64,000 bases of DNA from Comamonas serinivorans (GTDB lineage: Bacteria > Pseudomonadota > Gammaproteobacteria > Burkholderiales > Burkholderiaceae_C): the NCBI RefSeq assembly GCF_002158865.1, contig NZ_CP021455.1:1096835-1160834 (forward strand), given 5' to 3'. Positions 19,427 through 32,660 of this stretch are shown here, in pieces (the first letter of the stretch is position 1; every line of letters begins with the position of its first letter). The notes beneath the pieces were generated by a model. That model was not told where the DNA came from, ran no database searches, and was given only the letters and a program-made list of their open reading frames with translations. The translations under genes and the position numbers were made by a program.

Positions 19427-20047
19427 TCAGATGGGCATGCCGACGGCACGCAGCAAGCGGCAGGTGCGGATCAGCGGCAGGCCGATGAGGGCCGTGGGGT
19501 CGTCGTTGTCGATGGCGTCGAGCAGGCTGATGCCCAGGCCTTCGCTCTTGGCGCTGCCGGCGCAGTCGTAGGGCTGCTCGGCGTGCAGGTAGTGCTCGAT
19601 CTCGGCCTCCGTCAGCGTGCGAAAGCGCACGGCCACCTCCGCCACCTCGTGCTGCACAAAGCCGATGTCCTGGCAGACCACGGCCACGGCGGTGTGAAAC
19701 CGCACGGTCTGCCCGCTCATGCGCGTGAGCTGCGCCACCGCACGCTCGTGCGTGCCAGGCTTGCCCAGCGGCTCGCCATGCAGGTCGGCCACCTGGTCCG
19801 ACCCGATGACCGCGGCGTCGGGCCGCTGGCGCGCGACCGCCTGGGCCTTGGCCACCGCCAGGCGCAGCGCCAGGGCGCCGGGCAGCTCGCCCGCCAGCGG
19901 CGTCTCGTCCACCTCGGGCCCGATCACCTCGAAGGGCAAGCGCAGCCGGTGCATCAGCTCGGCCCGGTAGCGCGAGGTGGAGCCCAGCACCAGCGGACGC
20001 GGCAGGTTGAGGGACGAATTGAGGGAGATTTCGTGGACGTGCGACAT
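19427..20047 (-). CDS. maf: Maf-like nucleoside triphosphate pyrophosphatase
   Basis: LVLGSTSRYRAELM......E..DE......P..LA..KA......VIGSDQV....G...GKP........Y.CAGS.K.EGLGI is the Maf/YceF pattern. Confidence 0.85.
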   Translation of the reverse strand: MSHVHEISLNSSLNLPRPLVLGSTSRYRAELMHRLRLPFEVIGPEVDETPLAGELPGALALRLAVAKAQAVARQRPDAAVIGSDQVADLHGEPLGKPGTHERAVAQLTRMSGQTVRFHTAVAVVCQDIGFVQHEVAEVAVRFRTLTEAEIEHYLHAEQPYDCAGSAKSEGLGISLLDAIDNDDPTALIGLPLIRTCRLLRAVGMPI

Positions 20048-20229
20048 GTGGCGATTGTGCCGCTGAGCGGTGCCGCCGCGCGGTAACGCCACGCGGTAAC
20101 GCCGTGTCGTGCTGTCGAGCCAGCCTGGGGGCGGTTTGCACCCACGCGTGTGGCCCGCGACCGTTCGGCGCCAGGCCCGGCCGCCACGTCCAGCCGGGAC
20201 TACACTGCGGGCCGCGCCCTGGAGGCCCC

Positions 20230-20862
20230 ATGCCCGACACCCACCACCTGATTGCCTTCGCCCTGCTGTCGCTGGGCATGGCCCTGACCCCGGGGCCCAA
20301 CATGATCTACCTGATCTCGCGCTCGATCAGCCAGGGCCACCGCGCCGGCTTGATCTCGCTGCTGGGCGTGGCCGTGGGTTTCCTGTTCTACCTGCTGTGC
20401 GCGGCGCTGGGCATCACGGCCTTGCTGATGGCCGTGCCCTTTGCCTATGACGCGCTGCGCCTGGGCGGCGCGGCCTACCTGCTGGTGCTGGCCTGGCAGT
20501 CGCTGCGGCCCGGCGGCAGCTCGCCGTTTCAGGTGCGCCGGCTGCCTGCCGACAGCCCGCGCAAGCTGTTCCTCATGGGGTTGGTGACGAACTTGCTCAA
20601 CCCCAAGATCGCCATCATGTACCTGTCGCTGTTGCCGCAGTTCATCGCGCCAGGCCAGGGCCACGTGCTGGCGCAGTCGCTGGTGCTGGGGGCCGTGCAG
20701 ATCGTGTTCAGCATCGCCATCAATGGCCTGGTCGTGTTCACGGCCGGCGGCATTGCCGTGTTCCTGGCCACGCGGCCGCGCTGGCAGCTGGTGCAGCGCT
20801 GGGTCATGGGCACGGCGCTGGCCACGCTCGCGGTGCGCATCGCGCTCGATGGCAAGCGCTGA
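20230..20862 (+). CDS. LysE/RhtB family amino-acid exporter
   Basis: LTPGPNMIYLISRS...NLLNPKIAIMYLSLLPQF; six TM segments. Confidence 0.8.
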   Translation: MPDTHHLIAFALLSLGMALTPGPNMIYLISRSISQGHRAGLISLLGVAVGFLFYLLCAALGITALLMAVPFAYDALRLGGAAYLLVLAWQSLRPGGSSPFQVRRLPADSPRKLFLMGLVTNLLNPKIAIMYLSLLPQFIAPGQGHVLAQSLVLGAVQIVFSIAINGLVVFTAGGIAVFLATRPRWQLVQRWVMGTALATLAVRIALDGKR

Positions 20863-20871
20863 CTGGCAAGC

Positions 20872-20920
20872 CAGTATGGGGTGTTGACCGATCTGAAATT
20901 GATCGACGACGGCTGATACC
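20872..20920. repeat. nested-palindrome repeat family, copy R10
   Basis: CCAGTATGGGG ... ACCGATC-TGAAAT-TGATCGAC ... GGCTGATACC. Confidence 0.7.
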
Positions 20921-21265
20921 TCGGTCCATGGCGGTGCTTGCGAGGGCCATTTGCGCGGACCTCGGTGCTGCTGTCGCTGTGTCGATCAGGCCCCAGCTTC
21001 TGCAGCAGGGCGCGCCAGCTGACGCGGCCGCGGCGCTCGGACCCGCTGTCGGCTTGGCACCAGACCCTGGCCGGATGCGACCTCGAAGCACGGGCGCAGG
21101 GTGCATGAACGGTTGGCCGCCTGGGCGAGCGACACCCCGATGTGCCTCCACCCCTTCGCACTTTGCGCCTGCCATGGCGTGCCCGTCGTGTGGCAAACCG
21201 GCGCCCGGCGTTTGCGGCATGGCGGGCCTGCGGTCGCATCCGGGGCGCCGCCGGAGTGAGGCACT

Positions 21266-21898
21266 TCAGCCGGCCGGATCGGCCTCGCGCCAGGCGCCGG
21301 GGGCCAGGCCGGCCAGCGTGTGCGGCCCGATGGCCGCGCGCACCAGGCGCAGCGTGGGGTGGCCCACGGCGGCCGTCATGCGGCGCACCTGGCGGTTGCG
21401 GCCCTCGCGGATGACCAGCTCCAGCCAGCAGTCGGGGATGTGCTGGCGCACGCGGATGGGCGGGTTGCGGGGCCACAGCGCCGGCGCCTCGGGCAGCAGG
21501 CGCGCCTGCGCGGGCAGGGTGGGGCCGTCGTTCAGCAGCACGCCGTTGCGCAGCGCCTGCAGCGCGGCCTCGCTGGGCACGCCCTCCACCTGCGCCCAGT
21601 AGGTCTTGGCCATCTTGTGGCGCGGGTCGGCGATGCGCGCCTGCAGTGCGCCGTCGTTGGTCAGCAGCAGCAGGCCTTCGCTGTCGGCGTCGAGCCGGCC
21701 GGCCACGTAGACGCCGGGCATGGCGATGAAATCCTGCAGCCCCTGCCAGCGGCCTTCGGGCGTGAACTGGCTCAGCACGCCATAGGGCTTGTTGAAGCAC
21801 AGCAGCCGCGTGGGCTCGCGCGAGGCCGGGCTGGCGCGGCGGGGTGTGCGCGGGCTGCGGGGGGCGTGGCGCGAGGGTGAGGGAGGACGAGCGGGCAT
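21266..21898 (-). CDS. RsuA/RluE-family 23S rRNA pseudouridine synthase
   Basis: [11 protein letters not shown]....[18 protein letters not shown]...H...K.Y...V......L..L..GV.L. Basic N-terminal tail. Resembles RluE. Confidence 0.75.
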   Translation of the reverse strand: MPARPPSPSRHAPRSPRTPRRASPASREPTRLLCFNKPYGVLSQFTPEGRWQGLQDFIAMPGVYVAGRLDADSEGLLLLTNDGALQARIADPRHKMAKTYWAQVEGVPSEAALQALRNGVLLNDGPTLPAQARLLPEAPALWPRNPPIRVRQHIPDCWLELVIREGRNRQVRRMTAAVGHPTLRLVRAAIGPHTLAGLAPGAWREADPAG

Positions 21899-22235
21899 GG
21901 TGGGCTCGGTAGCAAGCAAAGGCGGGCCGCGTGCGAGGGCGAAGGCCGTGGCCACGGCCCATGCGGCAGGGGGCCGATCATAGGCGGGGAGGACCTGGCG
22001 GTGTGGCGGCGAGCCGAGCAGGTGTTCGAGCACTGAGCGGACAACGGCAGCGCCCCCGACTTGGCCAGCGGGTCCGTAGGCCGCGCCGGCCTTGGGCTGC
22101 TGGGGTGACCGCACCCAGCGCCTGATGAGCGGTGCGGTGCGACAATCGCAGATTGCCTTGCCCACTGCACCGCGGCAGGCGGCGCCGGCGCTGCATGCGC
22201 TGTCCTGCGCTCGCCCACGCCCGCACCGCCAGACC

Positions 22236-23612
22236 ATGACCCTGACCGCCTTGCCCCTGCGTTTGTCCACCACCCAGGCTGATTTCGAGCAGCGTTTTGC
22301 CGAACGCCTGCACTGGAGCGCCGACCAGGACGCCGCCATCGAGCAGCGCGTGGCCGACATCCTGGCCGACGTGCAACAGCGCGGCGACGCCGCCGTGCTG
22401 GACTACACGGCGCGCTTCGACGGCCTGCAGGCCCAGGCCATGGCCGATCTGGAGCTGACCCAGGCCGACTTCAAGCAAGCGTTCGACAGCCTGCCGGTGG
22501 AGCAGCAGCGCGCGCTGCAGGCCGCGGCCGACCGCGTGCGCCGCTACCACGAGGCGCAGAAAAAAGCCAACGGCGAGAGCTGGAGCTACCGCGACGAAGA
22601 CGGCACGCTGCTGGGCCAGAAGGTGACGCCGCTGGACCGCGTGGGCATCTACGTGCCGGGCGGCAAGGCCGCCTACCCCAGCAGCCTCATCATGAACGCC
22701 GTGCCGGCCCACGTGGCCGGCGTGGCCGAAATCATCATGGTGGTGCCCACGCCGGCCAAGGGCAGCGTGGCCACCGGCGGCAGCGGCGAGACCGGCTCGG
22801 CCGCCCCGCAGCGCGGCGAGCGCAACCCGCTGGTGCTGGCCGCGGCCCACGTGGCGGGCGTCACGCGCGCCTTCACCATCGGCGGCGCCCAGGCCGTGGC
22901 CGCGCTGGCCTATGGCACGGCCACCATCCCCAAGGTGGACAAGATCACCGGGCCGGGCAACGCCTACGTGGCCAGCGCCAAGAAGCGCGTGTTTGGCCAG
23001 GTGGGCATCGACATGATCGCCGGCCCGAGCGAAATCCTGGTGCTGGCCGACGGCAGCACGCCGCCCGACTGGGTGGCCATGGACCTGTTCTCGCAGGCCG
23101 AGCACGACGAGCTGGCGCAGTCCATCCTGCTGTGCCCCGATGCGGCCTACATCGACGCCGTGCAGCGCGAAATCGACCGCCTGCTGCCCGAGATGCCGCG
23201 CCGCGACATCATCGCCAAGAGCCTCAATGGGCGCGGCGCGCTCATCCTGACGCGTGACATGGACGAAGCCTGCGCCATCAGCAACCGCATCGCCCCCGAG
23301 CACCTGGAGGTCAGCAGCCGTGACCCGCACCGCTGGGAGCCGCTGCTGCGGCACGCGGGCGCGATCTTCCTCGGCGCCTACACCAGCGAAAGCCTGGGCG
23401 ACTACTGCGCCGGCCCCAACCACGTGCTGCCCACCAGCGGCACGGCGCGCTTTTCGTCGCCGCTGGGCGTGTACGACTTCCAGAAACGCTCCAGCCTGAT
23501 CGAGGTCAGCGAAGCCGGCGCGCAGGTGCTGGGCCAGACGGCCGCCGTGCTGGCCTATGGCGAGGGCCTGCAGGGCCACGCGCGCGCCGCGGAGATGCGC
23601 CTGAAGCGTTGA
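22236..23612 (+). CDS. hisD: histidinol dehydrogenase
   Basis: [76 protein letters not shown]. Contains a short low-complexity insertion ([19 protein letters not shown]). Confidence 0.9.
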   Translation: MTLTALPLRLSTTQADFEQRFAERLHWSADQDAAIEQRVADILADVQQRGDAAVLDYTARFDGLQAQAMADLELTQADFKQAFDSLPVEQQRALQAAADRVRRYHEAQKKANGESWSYRDEDGTLLGQKVTPLDRVGIYVPGGKAAYPSSLIMNAVPAHVAGVAEIIMVVPTPAKGSVATGGSGETGSAAPQRGERNPLVLAAAHVAGVTRAFTIGGAQAVAALAYGTATIPKVDKITGPGNAYVASAKKRVFGQVGIDMIAGPSEILVLADGSTPPDWVAMDLFSQAEHDELAQSILLCPDAAYIDAVQREIDRLLPEMPRRDIIAKSLNGRGALILTRDMDEACAISNRIAPEHLEVSSRDPHRWEPLLRHAGAIFLGAYTSESLGDYCAGPNHVLPTSGTARFSSPLGVYDFQKRSSLIEVSEAGAQVLGQTAAVLAYGEGLQGHARAAEMRLKR

Positions 23613-23666
23613 GGGTAGTACGGGTCAATTCCCGTTGAAAATATAACGATAATGGATGCATACCCC
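23613..23666. repeat. nested-palindrome repeat family, copy R11
   Basis: GGGTAGTACGGG ... ATTCCCGTT-GAAAATAT-AACGATAAT ... GCATACCCC. Starts 1 nt after the hisD stop. Confidence 0.7.
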
Positions 23667-23964
23667 TTGATGATTTGCCTCTGAATGCCGTTTTGGCGTC
23701 ACAAGCCCGGATGTTCACAGGAGCGGCCTGTCGAAGCCGACGCCTGCTGGCGGGGTGTTCACGCCAACGTTGGGTGGGCCAGGCGCGCTGTCGGTCCTGG
23801 TGCCCGTGGCTGGGCGCGGGTTGCATGGCGCGGGTTGTCGTCGCCAGCCAGCTTGGGCCAGCGGCCCATTCACCCGCAGGGCGCGGGAGATGCGGGGCCG
23901 GGCCATCCGGCCCGGGCGCATCCGTTTTAGGCTTGTGCTTTCCCTGCTGCGACAAGGACTGGCC

Positions 23965-24360
23965 ATGCCCACTCTGCCACGACGCCGTTTCCACACCCAA
24001 CTGCTGGGGGCCGCGGGGCTGGCTGCCCTGCTGACCAGCGCCGCCGCCTGGGCGCATCACGGCTGGTCCTGGGCCGACGGTGACCAGACCACGCTGACCG
24101 GCACCCTCGAAGCCATTGCCATGGCGCCGCCGCACCCCATGCTCCTGGTCAAGGCCGACGGCGTCACCTGGCAAGTCGACCTGGGCAACCCGTCGCAGAC
24201 CGAGCGGTCCGGCTTCACCGGACAGTCGGCCAAGGTCGGCGATGCCATCACCGTGCTGGGCAACCGCTCCAAGGACCACAGCCAGCGCCACATGAAGGCT
24301 GTGCGCATCACGCTGGACGGCAAGCACTACGACATGTACCCCGAACGCCTGGGCCGGTGA
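23965..24360 (+). CDS. periplasmic protein, DUF6152-like
   Basis: Tat-like signal (RRRFHTQLLGAAGLAAL) followed by AHHGWSW. Family assignment is from memory of the motif only. Confidence 0.45.
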   Translation: MPTLPRRRFHTQLLGAAGLAALLTSAAAWAHHGWSWADGDQTTLTGTLEAIAMAPPHPMLLVKADGVTWQVDLGNPSQTERSGFTGQSAKVGDAITVLGNRSKDHSQRHMKAVRITLDGKHYDMYPERLGR

Positions 24361-24387
24361 GCCGCGCACCCGCGCACGAGCCTGTCC

Positions 24388-24882
24388 ATGGACGACCTGC
24401 TGAACCTGCTGGCAGCGTGGCCCGGTGCGCGCTGGCTGCAGGGCTCGGGCACCGCCTACCTGGTCGTGAACGCGGCGCACATCCTGGGTCTGGGGCTGCT
24501 GATCGGCGCCATCGTGCCGCTGGACGTGGCCGTGCTGCGCCACAAGCCGCCGGCTGCTGCCGGCACGGCTGCCGAGCGCCTGCGCGTGCTGCTGGACGTG
24601 TTGCCGCGCGCCGCGGCGCAGGGGCTGGTGCTGGCGCTGCTCACCGGCGTCTGGCTGTTCAGCGTGCGGCCGCACGACTACCTGGGCAATGCGGCCTTCC
24701 TGGCCAAGCTGGCGCTGCTGACCCTGGCCCTGCTCAACGTGGCCTGGCAACACCGCGGTCCCGCCTGGGCGGCGCTGCGGCGTGGGGCGCCGTCCACGGC
24801 CGGCCAGCGCCTGCGTGCGGCCCTGTCGCTGCTGCTGTGGGGAGCGGTGCTGCTGGCGGGGCGGTGGATCGGGTTCGTGTGA
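24388..24882 (+). CDS. hypothetical integral membrane protein
   Basis: 164-aa ORF with four hydrophobic segments, 27 nt downstream of the previous gene. Confidence 0.5.
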   Translation: MDDLLNLLAAWPGARWLQGSGTAYLVVNAAHILGLGLLIGAIVPLDVAVLRHKPPAAAGTAAERLRVLLDVLPRAAAQGLVLALLTGVWLFSVRPHDYLGNAAFLAKLALLTLALLNVAWQHRGPAWAALRRGAPSTAGQRLRAALSLLLWGAVLLAGRWIGFV

Positions 24883-25444
24883 GCGACCGGACCCGCCGCG
24901 CGTGATCTGCGGCAGTGGGGACCGGGGTGCCGCCGCGTGAACCGCAGCCGTTCCCGCGGCAAGGCGGGCAACACCCGGCAGCAGGGGAACTCGCCGATTC
25001 ACGAAGGTGCTGCCTGAGCGGCGCCAATGGCTTGCCTGGCGCGGCGGGCGCAGAAGGCACCCGGGGCGCATCCACCGACAACCCCGCGAATCCCTCGCGC
25101 GGCGGCTTGGGAGACGAGCCTGTGCCGACAGGACTGGCACTGCCCAGTCCGGTGGACGACAACGCGACGGCCACCCATCCCCCGAGCCCTTTGCTGGCGC
25201 GAGGTGGCGTCGGCGACGGCGTGCGCCTGGACGCACAGGCCGTCAAGCCGGGGCCTCCTCAGTGCGCCCGATACCGCCCCCTTACGGGCGCGCTGGCATC
25301 ACCTCGACCCCTCGCCAACGGTGGCACGCTGCAGGCCGAGCCCGGCGCAGGGTGGAGACCCGCCACGCGGCCTGTGCCTCGGCGGGAGGGGCAACAGTCC
25401 TGAGGGTTTGATTCACTCTGAACCTGCTGGAGCAGACGCAGACA

Positions 25445-25496
25445 GAGGTATGAGGCTGTGTCCGTTTCAAGGTAAACGGACAGATGGTCATACTCG
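25445..25496. repeat. nested-palindrome repeat family, copy R12
   Basis: GAGGTATGAGG ... CTGTGTCCGTTT-CAAGGT-AAACGGACAG ... GGTCATACTCG. Confidence 0.85.
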
Positions 25497-25617
25497 GAAT
25501 CCGAACGTATGGTGGCCAGCATCTGATGACCGGGTTGGCGCGCGGGCAGGGCTGCAGCGACCGGGCCTCATGCGGTGGATGTACCCCCGCTACCCCGTCA
25601 ACCCGCGGGGCAGTGGG

Positions 25618-26385
25618 TCAACGCGGGTTGGTGGCGGCGGACGCAGCGGGCAGCGCAGGCGTGGCTGGCGCCGAAGGCGTCGGCGCGGTGCCGGTTGGCC
25701 TGGCGCTGGGCGCGGGCTCGGTGGGCACGTCGGTCACCACGGTCTGCACGCCGGCGGCGGCGTTCGGAAAGTCCTTCAACGCCGCGTTCAGCATGGCCGC
25801 GAAGATGGCGTCGTTGAGCCCGCTGGGGCTTTCGTTGCGGGCGCGGGTTTCGTACACCGTCTGGCCGGTGCTCAGGTTCTGGATCGCCACGCGCAGCTCG
25901 CGCAGGTAGGTGCTGGGCGGCATGTAGGCGCCGCCCCAACCCCATCCCGGGTAGCCGTAGCCCAGGCCAAACCGCCAGCCGGGACGCCACGGTCCCCAGG
26001 GGCCCCAGCCACCCGGGCCCCAGTCGTCGACCCAGGCGGTGCGCAGGCTGGCCGACACCTGCACCGCGAGGCTGGCCGACGCGTCGTCGCGCACGAGGCC
26101 GTGGCGGTCCAGCGCGGCCTGGGTCATGGCCTGCAGCGGCGCGAGGTCCAGCCGCGATTGCGACGGCAGCACGTCGAAACGGTAGCGAGCCCCTTGCCAC
26201 TGCATCGGGGCCGCGGTGCCCGCAGGGGCGCTGAAGGCCTGTACCTCGGTGTTCACACGCAGGGGGCCGCTGGCGCAGCCGGCCAGAACCAGCGCCGCCA
26301 CGAGGGCGCCGGCGCGGACACAGGTGCGCGCGCCCGCGCCCAGGGCGCGCAGCGGAAGCGGGGGGGAAATCGTCAGGGTGACCAT
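25618..26385 (-). CDS. lipoprotein, DUF4136-like with Gly/Trp/Pro-rich insert
   Basis: Lipobox LVLAGCAS. Start trimmed to MVTLT. The rest of the 25618..26904 ORF is an upstream extension. Confidence 0.55.
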   Translation of the reverse strand: MVTLTISPPLPLRALGAGARTCVRAGALVAALVLAGCASGPLRVNTEVQAFSAPAGTAAPMQWQGARYRFDVLPSQSRLDLAPLQAMTQAALDRHGLVRDDASASLAVQVSASLRTAWVDDWGPGGWGPWGPWRPGWRFGLGYGYPGWGWGGAYMPPSTYLRELRVAIQNLSTGQTVYETRARNESPSGLNDAIFAAMLNAALKDFPNAAAGVQTVVTDVPTEPAPSARPTGTAPTPSAPATPALPAASAATNPR

Positions 26386-26546
26386 GGGATGAAGGCGTGA
26401 AGCGGGGCGCAAGGCTGTGTTGGATGGCGCAGTGTGGCCGCAGTTCCACCGTCGTGTCGACAACAGGGTGAACGAGACCGCCGGGCGCGCGAGCCGGCCC
26501 ACCGGAAGTGGGCGTGGTCGCGCAGCGGGTTGGGACAGGCCGTGGC

Positions 26547-27512
26547 TCAGCTTTTCTGTGTCAGCGCGGCCATCTTCTGGTAGCGGGCCAGCTCGCGGCG
26601 CTGGAACTGCAGCATGTCGGCCGGGCCGTAGTCCAGCGTGGTGCCGGGCTTGCCCTGCATCTGCCGCTGCACCGTGGGCGACTTCAGGGCCTGCGCCGTG
26701 GCGCGCGAGAGGGCGTCGACGATGGGGGCCGGCGTGCCAGCCTTGGCCGACAGCGAGCTCCAGACGTAGGACTCGAGCTCGGCGTAGCCCAGCTCCTTCA
26801 TGGTGGGCACATCGGGCGCTTGCGCATCGCGCGTGGCGCCGGTCTGTACCAGGGCTTTGACCTTGCCGGCCTTGATCAGCTCCACGGCGCTGGTGGCGTC
26901 GCACAGGCCCAGGTCCAGCCGGCCGCCAACGAGGTCGATCATCATGTTGGCCGGGCCTTTGTAGGTGATGTGGGTGGCGGGCGCGCCCTCCAGCGAGGTC
27001 ACCCAGGTGGCGAGCAGCTTGTAGCCCTCGGTGTAGTTGCCGATGTTGAGCGGCCGGCCTGCGGCCTTGGCCTGTTGCAGCGCCTGCTTGAGGCCGGCAA
27101 ACGCCGTGTTGGCCGGGGCGACGATGAACGGGGCCGAGATGTTCAGACCATGGACGGGCGTCAGGTCCCTGAAGGGGTCGTAGCTCAGGTCCTTGACGGT
27201 CACGAGGTTGACGACCAGCACCGAGGTCGGCGCCACCAGCAGCGTGTAGCCGTCGGCGGGCTGAGCGATGACGTGGCTGGCGGCGATGGCACCCACCGCG
27301 CCGGGCCGGTTTTCGACCACCACGGGCACCTTGAGGATGCGCTGCAGTTCATCGGCCACGGCGCGGGCGTTTTCGTCGGCGCCGCCACCGGGGGTGTAGG
27401 GCATGACGACCTTGATGGATTTGCTGGGCCAGCCCGATTCGGCGGCCTGCAGGGCGGGGTGGAGCAGGCCGGCACCCAGGGCGGTGCAGGCTTGGCGGCG
27501 AGTGAGGCTCAT
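26547..27512 (-). CDS. Bug-family tripartite tricarboxylate transporter substrate-binding protein (TctC)
   Basis: Tat-like signal, then [23 protein letters not shown]...[10 protein letters not shown]......ADGYTLL. Confidence 0.85.
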   Translation of the reverse strand: MSLTRRQACTALGAGLLHPALQAAESGWPSKSIKVVMPYTPGGGADENARAVADELQRILKVPVVVENRPGAVGAIAASHVIAQPADGYTLLVAPTSVLVVNLVTVKDLSYDPFRDLTPVHGLNISAPFIVAPANTAFAGLKQALQQAKAAGRPLNIGNYTEGYKLLATWVTSLEGAPATHITYKGPANMMIDLVGGRLDLGLCDATSAVELIKAGKVKALVQTGATRDAQAPDVPTMKELGYAELESYVWSSLSAKAGTPAPIVDALSRATAQALKSPTVQRQMQGKPGTTLDYGPADMLQFQRRELARYQKMAALTQKS

Positions 27513-27730
27513 GGCGAGGTCCTTGGCAAAAACCGACGGCTGACGAGGGACGGGCACGGCGGGCATGCCGTGCGCGGGTTCACTGCCCGGCCAGCTTTGC
27601 AAGCCTGGGCGGCCGAGGCTGTGCTTTAGGCGTCAGCGCAGGCCGCAGATGCCGTGCCTGGCCGGTGGCGAACGCCCGCCTGCGGCCGCGGAGCGCGCGG
27701 CGGCCAGGCGGACTAAAATCACCGGCTTCG

Positions 27731-27847
27731 CACCAAGGAGCGCTGCAGTTGGCCCAGGCCTTGCCTGGCCGGGCCTGTCAGGCTTGGTGCGGAACGTGTC
27801 GCGCCGGCCACGCCTGCGCTGGCGCGTGGTGTCAACGGCGCTCACCT
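27731..27847 (+). promoter_or_regulatory. SAH (S-adenosylhomocysteine) riboswitch in the metH leader
   Basis: CCAAGGAGCGCTGC (27733-27746) ... CAGGCTTGG (27779-27787) ... CAACGGCGCTCACC (27833-27846) match the conserved SAH-element cores (AGGAGCGCUGC / CAGGCUCGG / AACGGCGCUCAC). P1 is CCAAG/CTTGG and extra hairpins occupy the variable positions. CTCACCTG (27841-27848) can pair with CAGGTGAG (27872-27879), which contains the metH RBS. Confidence 0.75.
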
Positions 27848-27883
27848 GTTGTGTTGCTTGTCGGTTTTTTGCAGGTGAGTGTG

Positions 27884-30652
<2,769 letters not shown>

Positions 30653-30657
30653 GGTGA

Positions 30658-30709
30658 GGAGTATGGAGTGTTTATCGATGATTCTTCATCGGAAATGGCT
30701 GCATACTCC
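30658..30709. repeat. nested-palindrome repeat family, copy R13
   Basis: GGAGTATGG ... TTTATCGATGA-TTCT-TCATCGGAAA ... GCATACTCC. Confidence 0.85.
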
Positions 30710-30722
30710 ATGTAGATGATGC

Positions 30723-31343
30723 TCAATCGCTGCGGCCGAATCCGGCGACAGGGTGTCGCAGGCGATCGTGGCGGTAGTCCTCGGCGACCTGTGCCCGCAG
30801 CACCTGCCAGTGCGCGCGGGACACATGCTGGCCCAGCGGCTGCCAGGCCGGGTAAGGGTTGTAGACCGCCACGTCGTCGGGGTACAGAAACGGCTGGAAC
30901 TTGAACGGGATGGGCAGCTGCGGTGCGGGCCCCAGGTTCAGCAGGGCCAGCAGACGCGCACAGCGGCCGCGAATGCGCTGCCAGTGTTCGCCCTCCACAA
31001 AGCCGCGGTGCGAGGTGTGCCAGGCCAGCTCGCGCACCACCTCGCGTTTCAAGGCTGGCGGAAAACGGTGCGCGTCGATCAGCCCATGCAGGCGCGGGTC
31101 GTCCAGCACGGCATCGGCCAGGTTCATCAGCTCGAAGTCCTGCAGCACCAGGGCGCAGAACAGCTGGTAGGCCGGGTTGCTGATGCGGTAGCCATGCTCC
31201 TCATCCAGCGTGATGGCGGCTTGGTGCGCGCCGGGGCTCACTGGCGTCAGCGTGCAGGTGTAGAAGTGCGCGAGCTGGGTGGCTGCTGGCAACTGGCCGA
31301 AGTGCAGCAACGCGTGCAGGTGGTTCAGGTCAAGCATCGGCAT
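30723..31343 (-). CDS. hypothetical protein (orphan, no recognised domain)
   Basis: 206-aa ORF, same strand and 77 nt downstream of the SPFH gene, with a 9-bp-stem hairpin (31379..31404) in the gap. Confidence 0.45.
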   Translation of the reverse strand: MPMLDLNHLHALLHFGQLPAATQLAHFYTCTLTPVSPGAHQAAITLDEEHGYRISNPAYQLFCALVLQDFELMNLADAVLDDPRLHGLIDAHRFPPALKREVVRELAWHTSHRGFVEGEHWQRIRGRCARLLALLNLGPAPQLPIPFKFQPFLYPDDVAVYNPYPAWQPLGQHVSRAHWQVLRAQVAEDYRHDRLRHPVAGFGRSD

Positions 31344-31420
31344 CCCCAGTCAGCGTCGCGCACAAAGCGTGGCAACTTGAGCGGCACGGTTCACGGTGCC
31401 GCTCATCCAGTGCTCGGCGC

Positions 31421-32581
31421 TCACCCTGGCTGGCGCAGCGTCACCAGGCCGTTCAGCACCTGATCGAGCCCGCCGACGACGGAGATCTTGTCGATGCGCT
31501 CGGCCACGCGCTCCAGCGTTTCCAGCTCCTTCATGCGCAGGGCGACGGGGTTGCCCTCCATCACCTTGGCGGTGTTCAACAGCGAACGCGTGGCCGCCGT
31601 TTCCTCGCGGCGGCGGATCACGTTGGCCTGGGCCGACTTTTCGGCCTCCACGACCTGGGCGAGGATGGTCTTCATCTCGCCGGGCAGGATGATGTCTTTC
31701 ACGCCCACGCTGTCCAGCGCCACGCCCGATTCAGCCAGGCGCTCGCGCACCTGGGCCAGCACGGCGCCATCGATGGCGGCCTTGTTTTCCAGCAACGCAT
31801 CCAGGTTCTGTTCGCCCACGGCGGCGCGCAGGCCGAATTGCAGCTCGCGGTAGACGTGGTCGGCTGGCTTGGGCATGCGCGCCAGCGCGCGCTGCACGTC
31901 GGTGAAGTGCCACACGGCCGAGAGGTTCAGTCGCAGGCCCACCTTGTCACGGGTCAGGATTTCCTGGCCATTCACCTCGGCGATCTGCGCTCGCAGGTCC
32001 ACGGTGCTCACGCTCACCTGACGGTTGAAGCGCCAGAAGCCATGCACGCCTGCCGGCAGCAGCGCTTGCATCTGGCCGTCCAGCGTGAGCACGCCAGCGT
32101 GGAACTCGGGCACCTGCACCAGCAGCACGCCGTCCAGGCCGCGCACGGCGCGCGGGCGCAGTGCCACGCTGTGCAGCTTGGCCAGCAACTCGGCGGGCAG
32201 GCGCGCGTCGGCGCTCAGGTCGACCACGTCCACGCGCTGTTCGCGCAGGCCGCGCCAGAACAGCTGGCGCGTGGACGGCGGCAGGATCTCGACCAGCACG
32301 CCGTCTTCGTGGCGCAGGCCGACCTCGGTTTCGCCCAGCACCACCTGCACGAACTCGCGGGCCAGCAGGGCCGGCTCGTGGGCTACGAAGTAGTCGGCCA
32401 GCTCGTGCTCAAAGCGCGCCGGCGCGTCCGGTTTGCCCAGCGAAAAGCGTTCCAGCGTCACATCGTCCAGGCCTGTGAACACGCGGTGCTTGCCCGGGCC
32501 AAACAGGCCGGCGAAATCGCCATCGCGCAGCAGCAGCGCGCGTTCGTGCTTTTTGACGGTGAAAATGGTGAATCCCAGCAT
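31421..32581 (-). CDS. SPFH/Band-7 (slipin-like) domain protein without TM segment
   Basis: C-terminal half: VGVKDIILPGEMK.ILAQVVEAEK.AQANVIRRREETAATRSLLNTAK is typical SPFH plus coiled-coil. N-terminal ~180 aa form an extra beta-rich region. RBS GGGAGAG. Confidence 0.75.
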   Translation of the reverse strand: MLGFTIFTVKKHERALLLRDGDFAGLFGPGKHRVFTGLDDVTLERFSLGKPDAPARFEHELADYFVAHEPALLAREFVQVVLGETEVGLRHEDGVLVEILPPSTRQLFWRGLREQRVDVVDLSADARLPAELLAKLHSVALRPRAVRGLDGVLLVQVPEFHAGVLTLDGQMQALLPAGVHGFWRFNRQVSVSTVDLRAQIAEVNGQEILTRDKVGLRLNLSAVWHFTDVQRALARMPKPADHVYRELQFGLRAAVGEQNLDALLENKAAIDGAVLAQVRERLAESGVALDSVGVKDIILPGEMKTILAQVVEAEKSAQANVIRRREETAATRSLLNTAKVMEGNPVALRMKELETLERVAERIDKISVVGGLDQVLNGLVTLRQPG

Positions 32582-32608
32582 GTTGCTCTCCCGGTGTGTT
32601 GTTGGTCA

Positions 32609-32660
32609 TGGGTATGGCCGTGTCGTCATTGATGATCAGTCGCAAAAATTGCCATACCCA
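32609..32660. repeat. nested-palindrome repeat family, copy R14
   Basis: TGGGTATGGC / GCCATACCCA perfect 10-bp outer arms. Interior TCATTGATGA. Lies just upstream of the SPFH start. Confidence 0.8.

Noticed and set aside
24900-25250. Cobalamin riboswitch
   Set aside because: A few B12-box-like fragments are present (GGGAGACGAGCC, GACTGGCACTGCC). The ordered core (GGGAA...GCCACTG...AGACCTGCC) is not present, and no downstream gene exists on either strand for it to control, because it lies between convergent gene ends.
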